Shown one piece after another: positions 53,234 to 64,000 of a stretch of 64,000 nt of DNA. The notes beneath the pieces are model-generated. The model was not told the origin of the DNA. It worked only from the letters and a program-made list of their open reading frames with translations, and did no database searches. The DNA lies in contig NC_043003.1 of NCBI RefSeq assembly GCF_006345805.1, positions 107,260,001-107,324,000 on the forward strand, in the 5' to 3' direction. A program made the translations under genes and the position numbers. Position 1 is the first letter of the stretch, and every line of letters starts with the position of its first letter. The stretch comes from Octopus sinensis (lineage: Eukaryota).

Positions 53234-53362
53234 TGCACTAGTCACATACTCAATCAAAGGGACACTGTTTTGGTTGATGGGGGGGTAGTGCCACAGAAAA
53301 TTGGAATTTTTCTATAATGCAATCATCAAAGTGGTGCCTGTCGCATAAAATTCCAGACAAAT
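53234..53362 (+). ncRNA. Box H/ACA snoRNA-like RNA, copy D (RPL35A intron 3)
   Basis: gcacta/tagtgc plus tcaatcaaag/ttttggttga; H box ACAGAA 53293-98; same 3' hairpin as C; ACA 53357-59; 129 nt. Confidence 0.78.
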
Positions 53363-53762
53363 TTTAAGTGTAAATGAATTTTTTTTTTTTTTTTTTTTAA
53401 CACCCTTCCATGATTGTTGTGGGTGCACTGTTTGCCTGTGTGGTGAGGACAATCACCACCGTTTGACATCTGGTGTTGGTGTATGTATGTAGCTTAGAAG
53501 TTCAGAAAGGCCAACTGATGGAATAGGCATCAGGTTCAAAAACCAGTAATTACAGGGTTTGCTTCCATTCAATTAAAATTCTGTTTGTGCTGATAATTAA
53601 ATATCAAATGTCGTTTTACTAAAGTGTCAAGAGCAGGAACTCTGGAGCTTCCGGGTGAGTGTCTGGTCAATGCAAATGTGATTCGTTGTTCAGAATGTTC
53701 CTTCTGCAAAGTATAATCTACGAATATGTTTTGTTTATTATTTGTAAATATTTTCATTGTAG

Positions 53763-53910
53763 GAAAACAAGAATTCCAGGCACCAAAACTGCAGGTCACA
53801 TTCGTATAATATGGGGCAAAGTCACCCGTCCCCATGGAAATAGTGGTGCTGTACGTGCAAAATTTAAGAAGAATCTACCTGCTACCGCTATTGGAAGACG
53901 CATCCGAGTT
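53763..53910 (+). CDS. RPL35A: 60S ribosomal protein L35a, coding exon 3
   Basis: tgtag|G AAA...; (R)[49 protein letters not shown]; donor gtaagt at 53911. Confidence 0.97.
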
Positions 53911-54041
53911 GTAAGTGAAGAATGTTTTATATGTTGCTATTCTTGGCATTAGTTGATTTGGAGATGCTTGAAAGAGGAGCGGGTTCGGAAATTTTGGTGG
54001 GGGCTGAACAAGATGTGTACAAAGATTATTGAGAGTTAGAT

Positions 54042-54420
54042 AGGCGTAGGAGTGGCTGTGTGGTAAGTAGCTTGCTTACGAACCACATGGTTCCGGGTTC
54101 AGTCCCACTGCGTGGCATCTTGAGCAAGTGTCTTCTGCTATAGCCCCGGGCTGACCAATGCCTTGTGAGTGGATTTGGTAGACGGAAACTGAGAGAAGCC
54201 TGTCGTGTATATATATATGTGCGTGTTTGTACCCCTAGCATTGCTTGACAACCGATACTTTTACGTATGTTTACGTCCCCGTCACTTAGCGGTTTGGCAA
54301 AAGAGACCAATAGAATGAGTACTGGGCTTGCAAAGAATAAGTCCCATGGTCGATTTGCTCGACTAAAGGCGGTGCTCCAGCATGGCCGCAGTCAAATGAC
54401 TGAAGCAAGTGAGAGAGAGA
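54042..54420 (+). mobile_element. SINE family A in RPL35A intron 4
   Basis: Full copy, sense to the gene. Confidence 0.9.
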
Positions 54421-54989
54421 GAGTTCCTGAGTTTAGCATGATGGGTCGGTCCTCAGCCCTGTCCCTTATCAGTCCAACGTGCCATCACAGTGGAGTTAAA
54501 CACTGGATGTGTAAGGGGAACTATATATCAATTGTTTGGGAGTGACACTACTTCACACGTCTCTCCTCATCCATCCGTATTACATGACCATGCCTGTGCG
54601 AACGTCTCTCTAGCACGCCACGTTCTTTATGTCCAGCATTTATTGGATAGGAGATGGCCAGTTTAAATGCTAAGGGTTTACAGGTTTTGTCTGGTTCCTA
54701 GTAACAACCATTCATTAATGCACTCAAATAGAAATTGTAGTACTGGACGATGCTCGTGTCACTTGACTGGCTCCCTGTGCTGGCGACACATAAAAAACAC
54801 CATCCAAACGTGGTTGATACCAGCATGGGAAAAATGGGTGTTAAGCGTTTGTGTGGTCCTAAAAGTTAATAGGGCCCACTTGACATTCTTGTGTTTGATT
54901 TGTCCCCTCTCACAGTCACCATGTAATTATTACCCATAAGTAAAATATTTTCTTTGGGAAGTTTCAATTTGTTCTTTCTTTTCTTTCAG

Positions 54990-55013
54990 ATGTTGTATCC
55001 ATCAAGAATCTAA
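54990..55013 (+). CDS. RPL35A: 60S ribosomal protein L35a, last coding exon
   Basis: ttctttcag|ATG TTG TAT CCA TCA AGA ATC TAA = MLYPSRI*, the conserved eL33 C-terminus. Confidence 0.96.
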   Translation: MLYPSRI

Positions 55014-55025
55014 AGACATGTAAAA

Positions 55026-55031
55026 AATAAA
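55026..55031 (+). terminator. RPL35A polyadenylation signal (second AATAAA at about 55126)
   Basis: AATAAA 12 nt after the stop codon, followed by a T-rich tract; a short 3'UTR is typical of RP mRNAs. Confidence 0.75.
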
Positions 55032-55284
55032 ATGTTTTCCAATCTATCTCTTCTTTTCTTGTTTCTTCTTGGCACTAAAATGCCTGTGATGACGGCAGGT
55101 TTCTGGTTTTCTTTATTTCATCAAAAATAAAATTCTGGTTTGTTTGGAGCTGATAATCACATCTTTTATCCATCTCAGTGCCAGTATTGCTGCCGGTCTC
55201 TCTCTTCCATTTAGTGTCCCTCTTCATTATCATGATAGTTTTCTGTAACAGAACCATTGTTTGGTTTTCTGCAGGTTGATATGA

Positions 55285-56290
55285 AAAGCATAAAGTCCAA
55301 GTTAATGGTTCGCTGTCCGACGTCTCCACTGCGATCAGTGGTGTGCCTCAAGGTTCAGTGCTTGGGCCCTTATTGTTCTTAGACTTCATAAATGTCTTGC
55401 CCGACGACCTCGTGCAACACACACTTCCATTTGCCGATGATGTCAAACTGGTTGCTCCTTGCGGTGATGTGGATGATCTTCATCGATGCCTCAACCAAGT
55501 TTGGAGATGGTTTAACGAATGGGACCTGTGTCTGAACGTGTCAAAGTGTTGTCATCTGCCTTTTGACTCTTCTCTTGCAACTCAACTTGATTTCGAGCCA
55601 GGTCGTCTACTGCTAGAGAGGACCGACCAGGTAAAGGACCTGGGTATCTTGTTGGATTCTTCCTTTTCGCCTTCGGCCCAGTGCGTCCATACTGCCAACA
55701 AAGCATGCGGAGTTATGTTTTTGATTCAACGGTCATTCGGAATGCTCAGAGCAGCCATATTCCTACCGCTCTGTGTCCCACTGGTGAGACCCCATTTTGG
55801 TGTACCGGATTCAAGCCTCTTCTCCTTATCTCCTCAAAGACATACATCATCTCGAAAGAGTCCAGAAGCTGGCTACCTATATAGTTCTTGGTCTCAAGAA
55901 TTTGTCTTACAAAGAAAGGCTGAAGGCACTCGACCTTTATTCTCTAGAAAGACGACAACGCTGTGGTGATCTCATTGTTGCTTACAACATCACAACCGGA
56001 AAGTGTAACCTCTCGAAAGAGCTGTTCTTCACTCATGCTCCAGAGTGTCGGCTGCGGGGTCATTCCGAAAAGCTCTATCTGCGACGATTTCATCTCAATC
56101 GAAGGAGAGGGGCTTTCTCCGTTCGGGTTGCGGATCCGTGGAATAAGCTGCCGGACGAGATAGTGAAGATGCCGACGACCGCTCGGTTCAAAGTCTCTCT
56201 TGACCCGAAATGGCATGAACACCACCCTGTACATAACTCCATGTCACCCTACATGGCCTTGCTTTTTGAGCCAAGATATTAAATTAACTT
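55285..56290 (+). mobile_element. CR1-group LINE, 5'-truncated RT and 3' end
   Basis: KVQVNGS..SGVPQGSVLGPLLFL.FIN..FADDVKL..KDLGI..LERVQKLAT..LRGHSEKL..FSVRVADPWNKLP; frameshifted. Confidence 0.92.
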
Positions 56291-56706
56291 GTGCATGAAA
56301 GATCTGTCATCAAATCTAGGACAAGGGAGTTAACTCGGTTTTCGTGACTACAATATTGGGGCAGATGCAAGTTCTTTGGCATCTTTGAGCATTTCGTTGC
56401 TTTTAGAACCCTGCGCATATTACACTAGGTTATGCAAAGACAGAATGGCAACCCTTAATGTTAGATTGTGGTTTAATATTAGTTTCCGGCATGGATAAAG
56501 TGAATTTTAGGGTAGGTATGAGAAGCAAGGTTTAGCCACTTTGATCAAAACGGTTTTCTCAAAGTTGAAATATTTTGTATTCAGTCACTCCCTTTCAATA
56601 AGAGAATTGTTCATAGAGATAGTTGGAAGTTTTATTTTGGGACATATTTTAAAGTTAGAATTTCTCATCTCGACTGTGTGCTGTTTCAGAGCCTTTTGGG
56701 GATTAA

Positions 56707-57720
56707 CCCTTTCTTTACTAACCCGGCCGAGAGAACCTATTATTTAAATGTAAATTTGAACCCAAATTTCGTTGGTATATTCATTAAGACATGTGATTTC
56801 ACTTTGTAAATAGTTGGGTTATAGTATCCGACATTGCTTGAAGTGATATCTCAACTGAATTTTGGGAGATTTTTTTCAGCATCGATTTTTCTTCAACTTT
56901 AAATGGGATAGGAGCTTCATGTTATCAATAATTGATTCCGAATTTAAAGCTTTTTCAATGGAATAGGATATTTTTTTATCCGAAAGCAGTGATTCCAAAG
57001 AGCCAAGGCAGCGGTGGCAGCAAAGACGATTTTACATTGGAATGAAGTAAAAAGCTTTAAAAATGTTTTTATTAGCAATTTTTCTGAGGAGATCTATAGT
57101 CTTTCGTAGGAAGCGAAACCATTAGACTTTCATTTTATTTCAGTATGCTTGTTTGGAGCGATCACTGTGGAAGCCAAACTATTTCGCAGACTGTAAACAA
57201 ACACAAAATGGGGGATCAAAGTTCGGAAAGTTTGTGAACCAAATACTGGGTACTGCATGGATTTAGTTTTTATACAGGGAAACTAATGTTAGCGTGGTCT
57301 GGAATTTATCACTTCCATACCATAACCAGGGCCGTATATTATTTTTTGACCGATTTCTTTAGTTCGGTCAAACTTGCAGTGGATTTCAGTTTATTCCACC
57401 TTTATGGTACACCTGTTGTGCATTAAATTCAACTGATCTAGTGATGTGCACAATTCTTCTTTATCAAAATTTTGTTGCATACCCATTTGAATATTAGCTG
57501 ATGATTCATTTTCTATGATGTTTAAACAAAATTTTAATATTTTTACCTTTTGCTCAATTTACCTGTAATTAAAGTCAAGTTATGCAATAGAATTGATTAA
57601 GAACCCTTTCTTTAATCATGTTCCAAATATCACATTAAAATGCTGATAAGTAAAAAGGTTACAGTTATTTAATTGAAACTCATGAGGGGTGTATTTTGGT
57701 CAAATATAGTAACGGAAGGG
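56707..57720. mobile_element. Non-autonomous piggyBac-type element (longer relative of MITE family P1)
   Basis: TTAA|ccctttctttactaacccggc ... gtaacggaaggg|TTAA; the left end matches the reverse complement of the 9857 terminus. Confidence 0.75.
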
Positions 57721-58241
57721 TTAAAGAGGTAACCACATCCATTTATAGGAGATATGCCTATTAAATGAAATAGTTGTTTTTCAATACTTTTATTGTATTG
57801 TTTAACCCTTCAGTTACTGTATTATTTTGAGGTGTTCTGTGTTTCTTTCAATTTCAAATATAAAGAATTTAGTAAAGTTATTTCAGCTAGTGCTAGGAAC
57901 ATAAATTGTGACTAAGGTTTGGTGGCAGGTGTTAACGAGTCCTGAATTCTGGCCCACTTTGTATGTACACAAACACTTGTCACAACTCAGACCAGCCAGG
58001 GGTGTTGCCACACGTGGTAGAAGGTCCATGGTGAAAGGATTGTCTGCCATGTCCCGGCTAACAATTATGTAATGAGATGAGACTAACGTACAGACAGGCT
58101 TCATTCAGTTTCCCCAAAACCACTCACTATCATTAGCTTAACCCTTTAGCATTCCGATTATTCTGTCTAATGCTTATCTATTCATTGTTTGGAATTGATT
58201 ATCCATTATGTCATCTTTGAGGTCAGATTCGGTTAGTTTAA

Positions 58242-58451
58242 CCCTTTAGTGTTCGCATTATTCTGCCAAAATTTATGCTTTTTCATCCACATTGTTTGAA
58301 CTAATCCTGCATTATCTTGTAGTGATGAGATTTTGATGAGGTAGCTGTTAATTTCTAAAACGATATTGTAGGGTTGGTGTGAGAGACCAGATCTGGCCAG
58401 TTTGCACATAAAACAGGCAGAATACTCTTGGCCGGTTTAAATACTAAAGGG
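58242..58451. mobile_element. piggyBac-type MITE (family P2) nested in another P2 copy (about 58142-58495)
   Basis: TTAA|ccctttagtgttc ... ggtttaaatactaaaggg|TTAA; related bodies at about 1606-1790, 59960-60100 and 60300-60370. Confidence 0.8.
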
Positions 58452-58888
58452 TTAAAGAATAGAGAGGTATTTGGGCCGGATGAAATGCTAACGGTTGGGG
58501 TAGAAAGTCGAAAATGCAGTGGAACGAAGGCTCATTAGTTTGGAAACGAATTTGTTAATGACACAACCAGGAAAGGATGAAATAATAATCTATAAGCACA
58601 GGGCCTGAAATTTGGGGGAGTGGATAGGATAGTCAATTGCATCGACCCCAGGGTTTCTGTTGACCTTGGCAAAATTTGAACTCTGATGGTAGTAACGAGC
58701 AAAATACCACTGAGCATCTCTGCCAGCTTGCTGTTAACATATTCAAGGTAGTCACCCTAACCACCACAACAAAGGAGCCAAAGATGTTCATGAGGTTACT
58801 CAATGCTAGAAATAGCAGCTTAAAACAAAGAGAAAGGAAAACCTGATCAATTGCAGTTCAATAACATTAAAAACAAGTTCTGAATTTT

Positions 58889-58907
58889 TTTATTTTCTTT
58901 TTTTATT
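58889..58907 (-). terminator. Candidate RRM1 poly(A) signals
   Basis: Two AATAAA on - (tttatt at 58889-58894 and 58902-58907) at the end of about 650 nt of unique sequence after the stop, just before repeats resume. Confidence 0.55.
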
Positions 58908-59560
58908 AAATAATAAATGAAAAGTCAATTAGTTTACAATTAAAATTTTTTTTGTTCTTTTTCCAAGGAACATTTCTTGAAAAAACATTCTTGATTGAAT
59001 GTAACAATATGCTCCATGTAAATGCTTGAATATATGTAGTTATACCTATGTGTATATATATACACACATGCTTATACAGATGTATGGGTGTTAATGTTGT
59101 GTTCGTAGCTCTACGTAAAGTTTCATAAACCAACCTGCTGTATAGCAGTTAATTAACTTCTATACAGAGGAGGTAATTATCAGTTTACGAGCAACAGAGC
59201 AGATGAAAGAATAAGGGTGAAACGGAAGTTTATATTAAAAGGGACATAGTTATTCTTAACTTGGTATAATGGGGTTTCCTGAGGATTCGTTGTTGTTGAG
59301 CATCTGAAATGCATTTGGAACATCCATTGCCGAACTCGAAACTACCATGCAAAGGAACTTGCTTTCAACCTTATCTTTCGTGTGTATAGATAGATGTATG
59401 TATGACACACCCACACATATATCCAACTTGCATATATACATGAGATTTATTGAATGTGAGAAACATGCGTAATTATTCCAACGTGACCCCTTATGTACAT
59501 ACATGCTTACATAGCGACCCAGTCCACAGCTAAGAAAGAGCAGGATCGGCAGTTCTCCCT

Positions 59561-59734
59561 TTAACCGCTGCACATCAAACATTCCTCTCTGTTGTTAATC
59601 GAACAGGCAATGGCGGCTTCGTTTTGTTCCTGGGTTTTCTTGACTGGTGTGGTGAGTTTCGTTTTATCAACAGTGAATTGAATGGCATTCACTGCCGGCT
59701 TGGTCCGTAAGTAGTACATTCCTGTCTTTAAGCC
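59561..59734 (-). CDS. RRM1: Ribonucleoside-diphosphate reductase large subunit, last exon
   Basis: ccag|[24 protein letters not shown]...EECLMCSG*; radical-transfer YY pair and C-terminal CxxC tail. The gene continues beyond the window end. Confidence 0.97.
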   Translation of the reverse strand, partial: GLKTGMYYLRTKPAVNAIQFTVDKTKLTTPVKKTQEQNEAAIACSINNREECLMCSG

Positions 59735-60416
59735 CTGGTTATTAAGAAATAAAGGTTTATTCATTATGTTATCAGTCTTTTAAAGAATGGTTCGATTATT
59801 CAACATTCTCATTACTTTATCAAATGTATATTTAGGAAGGGCATCCAGCTGTAGAAACACTGCCAGATCAGACTGGGCCTGATGCAGCCTTCTGGCTTCA
59901 CAGACCCCAGTTGAACCGTCCAACCCATGCTAGCATGGAAAGCGGACACTAAATGATGATATTTATTCACATTTTATACATTAAATCTTGTATTATTTGA
60001 TAGCTTTGAGACCTCGAAGCTGTGATCATTCAGTTTTAGTGTGACACTGTAGGGTAGGTGTGATAAGCCAGAGGTGGCCAGTTTAAACTCTAAGTGATTA
60101 ATCTAAAGACTGAACAGTTATAGAATCCGGCAACCATTCCTGCTAATGGTAGCATTTTGAAACCAGGACACTTACGAGTTACAACCTACCTGGACTCTTG
60201 AGTGTCACACCAAAACACCTGTTCAATGGCAGTTGTTCGGAAGGTACCCCTTGCTGTTCTCTCACCCTGTAGCAAGACTCGATGCCAGGAAGTGGACAGA
60301 ATACTCTCAGATATAATGCTTATCCATTCACATTGTTTTAAATTAATCATGCATAGCTTTGAGAATGATGTTTATAAAATTGAATGAAACGAGAAACAGG
60401 AAACAAGAACACTTAC

Positions 60417-60602
60417 CATTTTCCATGCATAGAAGTGCATGCTGGTTAATTTTCCATAGTTTGGTTCCGCAATATGTAAATTCAGGGACTGACTTTGATC
60501 GATATAAATTCCTCGGTCAGCTGCCATTTTGATCACAATTTTCTGGGAGATTTCCCAAACAGTTTTGTAGAGTTTTTTAAGGTCATCAGGAACATCCATG
60601 GA
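60417..60602 (-). CDS. RRM1: Ribonucleoside-diphosphate reductase large subunit, penultimate exon
   Basis: cttag|[62 protein letters not shown]|gtaagt; IDQSQSLN motif of class Ia RNR alpha. Confidence 0.97.
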
Positions 60603-60677
60603 CTAAGACAGAGGAAAATGGTGATTTAGAAATACAATCAGAAATAGAGATATCAATTCTTAAAACAGCTGAGGATT

Positions 60678-60820
60678 TAGTTAGTTAATTTTTTGGCTCA
60701 AAAGCAAAAAGCAAGGCCATGTAGGGGGACATGGAGTTAAGTACAGGGTGGTGTTCATGTAAAGAGTTCAGGCCACTTAAGGTCAAGGGAGACTTTGAAC
60801 AAAGCGGTCGTCGGCATTTA
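60678..60820 (-). mobile_element. Short 3' end of the same CR1 family in an RRM1 intron
   Basis: Reverse complement of about 56168-56290 (aaggccatgtaggg..gacatggagtta..tacagggtggtgttcatg) with a (ctaa)n tail. Confidence 0.8.
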
Positions 60821-61449
60821 TTTCTACTGGGCATTAATCTTGAGCTCAAGAGGATTATATTTATTTGGGGCTTCTTCGGTTATGTGTTCCAGTTGATCTG
60901 ATCAACAGAAGAGCCTGCTTGCAGAAGTGGTCGAGTACTCCACAGACACACACCCTCAACGTAGTTCTCAGAGATTCAGATGGACACAGAAGGTGACAAG
61001 ATGGCTATTTTGAACTACAGGTACAAGCCATTTTTGCCAGGTGACTGGACTGGAGCAATGAGAAATAAAGTGTCTTGCTCAAGGACACAAGGCACTGCTG
61101 GGAATTGAACTCATGACCTTATGATTATGATCCAACTACCCTGACCACTAAGCCATGCTCCTTCAAAGGAGGAGGAGGACAGATTCATATTAACTTCAGT
61201 GTAAGGGTTTGCACTGAGAATGTAACTGAATACACAGCAACCTGTTTGGGCTCTCCCAATACAGGAGACCTTCATAATCAATAAATTCTAATTAATGTCA
61301 CCAATTTGAGGAGGAAGGAAGCAAGTTAATTACATCGCTGCCCACCCCAGTACTTGTCTGTTACTTTCTTTTATTGACCCCCAAAAGGATGAAAGCTAAA
61401 ACCAGGAGAAATGCAGCTAAAGATTCTGCCAGTTGCCATGAGAATTCTT

Positions 61450-61780
61450 TAAACACACCAGCATCGGTTGTCAAGCAATGTTGGGGAGACAAACACATAT
61501 GCATACATATTATAAATATATATATATATATATATATAGTAGAAATATGTTACGAAAAGAAAATATAAAATACACGTGGAAATGTAAGGGTAAAATATGA
61601 AAAATCAACGAAAATGCATATTGCAGATAGAAAAAGGCTATTTATGACAGGTAACGACAAATATATACATTTAGATTGACTGAGGTAGTAATACGAGTCA
61701 TAAAAGTCATTATTATAAGATGATAATAAAATAAGAGGACAAAACGAACCAATAGTTTACGCGAAGGCTATTCATCGTTT

Positions 61781-61823
<43 letters not shown>

Positions 61824-61980
61824 TACGACGGGCTTCTTTCAATTTCCGTCTACCAAATCCGCTCACAAGGCTTTGGTCGGCCAGAGGCTATAGTAGAAGA
61901 CACTAGCCCAAGGTGCCATGCAGTGAGATTGAACCCAGAAGCGTGTGGTTGGTAAGCAAGCTTCTTACCACACAGTCACT
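61450..61980 (-). mobile_element. SINE family A, interrupted, in an RRM1 intron
   Basis: 5' half at 61825-61980 and 3' part at 61450-61500, separated by an AT-rich insert. Confidence 0.75.
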
Positions 61981-63452
61981 CAAGAATGGTTTAAAAACAC
62001 AATGCATCTCTTTCCATCATCCTTTGAAATTCTCAATTCAAATTTTGTCGAGGTGACTTCCCCCCTTTTCTTTGCTTAAACATCCTGCACTTTGTGAACC
62101 AAACTGTGATTGGTTATATGTTTTCAGTGGGACAGTCACTGGTTTGCAATATTTCCTATTTTGTGAGGAACAACGAAGCGTATGGGCAACTCTGGCAGGA
62201 TAAGAAGATATTCTTAAAATGCACCCATTCACTGCTAGGTTTATTGCCATTTACATCTTTCACACACAAGTCTCCAACAATTAACATGAGCAAATGGTGG
62301 CACATAAAAAGCCTCTTCCGAACGTGACCAATGCCAGCGCCACCTTGACTGGCTTCTGTGCCGGTGGCACATGTCCTGCTGCGCTTGAAGAGAGACCTAT
62401 TGAGTCAAGTACATCAACATCAAAATAAATGTCAAATGGAAATTGCAGTACCACATAAAAAGCACCATCCGAACGTGGCCAATGCCAGCACAACCTGACT
62501 GGCTTCTGTGCCAGTGACACGTAAAAATCACCATCCGAACATGGCCGCTACCAGCCTCCCCTGGCACGTAAAAAGCACCCAGTACACTCTTGGAGTGGTT
62601 GGTGTTAGGAAAGGCATCCAGCTGTAGAAACTCTGCCAGATCAAGATTGGAGCCTGGTGCAGCCTACTGGCTTCCCAGATCCCCGGTCGAACCGTCCAAC
62701 CCGTGCTAACACGGAAAACGGACGTTAAACGATGATGATGAAATTTCTTTTACCAAGCACTGAGGAAACCTGATGCTATAAGATACTCAGCCCCATGATA
62801 GGTACCAGACATGTTCTGGAGACAACTACTTCCTTCCCGTCCCATCCATGGCCTTCTATCAGGGAGACAATCCATACAATATGTTGGGGTTTTTTTATCA
62901 AGCGAAGGGAAGTAACTCCAAAGAGAAAAATCAGAGAGGATAAATGGTAAAATGTTGGTGGCCATCAAAATGTGTTATTTGTCGTCAGTGATGGGCAGCA
63001 AGGATAAGCTTGCTCTAGGAACTGCGGCCATACTGGGGCACCACCTTCTATGATTTCAAACAAATCCACTACTTATCCTGTTGGTCTTTTTTAACCAAAC
63101 TAAGTAACAAGGATGTAAACAAACCAACACTGCTAGTCGAGGAGAAAACACAGCTTTGGGCATCGATTCAGGTACATTGACGGTTAAGGGATTAGGTGTA
63201 TGATACTGGGGGAGGAGGGATTAATTAAAGAAAGTTGCAGTTGCTTAATAAAGATGACAAACGAATGATGTTGACAATACTTAACCCCAATGAAGCAGAC
63301 TTTCTTGATCGAAGACGATCCACGCATGACCATCCAGCTGTGTCTTTCTTTAAGATATTAGAGTACAATTTGAAGATGTGGCTGCTGTTTCTAGTGGTCA
63401 AGCAAATACAAAGCAGCAATGACCACCAAACTTAGAAAGATGGTTGACTCAC

Positions 63453-63548
63453 CTGGATGGAACCGTTGTTGGCAATGAGTTCATTCTTCATGTCGCCATT
63501 CCACAGACCAAGTTCTGTGAGGTCTTTCAACAAATGATGATTGACAAC
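63453..63548 (-). CDS. RRM1: Ribonucleoside-diphosphate reductase large subunit, antepenultimate exon
   Basis: Minus strand ttttag|[32 protein letters not shown]|gtgagt; 96 nt, phase 0/0; too short for the ORF track. Confidence 0.95.
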
Positions 63549-64000
63549 CTAAAAGAGAACAAAATTTAACCAATCACATCAAAACAATATAGTTTACCAA
63601 ATTATTTGGATTTAATATAATAACCATTAAAAGAGAACGAAAGGTTGATTTCATTTACTGTATATTCCTCACAATTTAAAGTTGAGAATCATCATCATCG
63701 TTTAACGTCCGTTTTCCATGCTGGCACGGGTTGGACGGTTCGACCGGGGTCTGGGAAGCCAGGATGCTGCACCAGGCTCCAGTCTGATCTGGCAGAGTTT
63801 CTACAGCTGGATGCTCTTTCTAATGCCAACAACTCAGAGAGTGTAGTGGGTGCTTTTTACGTACCACCGGCACAGGTGTCAGGCGAGGCTGGCAATGGCC
63901 ACGATCGGTTGATGCTTTTAAAGTTATTTTACCCTTTTTGAAGACAGCACTAACGAAATGATGCCATTTGAGGAATATCAGGTTGCTATTTCTAGCACTT

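Larger units (their letters stand above)
48964..53650 (+). repeat. Tandem segmental duplication in RPL35A intron 3 (unit 1 48964-51075, unit 2 51076-53650)
   Basis: Both units begin tttggagaaggtt.agatttt and end gtcaagagca.gaactctggagctt. They are colinear except for a central block (about 49850-50185 vs 51985-52720). Confidence 0.95.

Noticed and set aside
55086-55153. GTGATGA...CTGA spaced like a C/D snoRNA
   Set aside because: Downstream of the RPL35A poly(A) signal rather than intronic; no terminal stem and no recognisable guide.

Overview
Eukaryotic, AT-rich, repeat-dense genomic DNA. The SINE and microsatellite content is typical of a coleoid cephalopod, most likely Octopus; this is recognition from memory, not a database result. 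Two real protein genes are reconstructed from splice sites. RPL35A (eL33) is complete on +: a non-coding TOP exon at about 42315-42338, then CDS exons 44073-44146, 47809-47961, 53763-53910 and 54990-55013 (132 aa). The last three exons of RRM1 (ribonucleotide reductase large subunit) lie on - (63453-63548, 60417-60602, 59561-59734), convergent with RPL35A. Almost all other ORFs in the track are SINE or microsatellite artefacts or decayed transposons: two Tc1, piggyBac plus MITEs, Merlin-type MITEs, Penelope-like, RTE, CR1 and an L1/Tx1-like ORF1. The most interesting signal is inside the RPL35A introns: four paralogous box H/ACA-like RNAs of about 130 nt that share one scaffold but carry different guide pockets. 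One pair arose by a >2 kb tandem duplication in which the 5' pocket is rewritten while the surrounding scaffold is nearly unchanged. Another copy was pasted into the middle of a dead piggyBac transposase gene. Minimal Penelope-type hammerhead motifs and long imperfect palindromes are also present. Repeat boundaries are approximate; exon and snoRNA coordinates were counted by hand.
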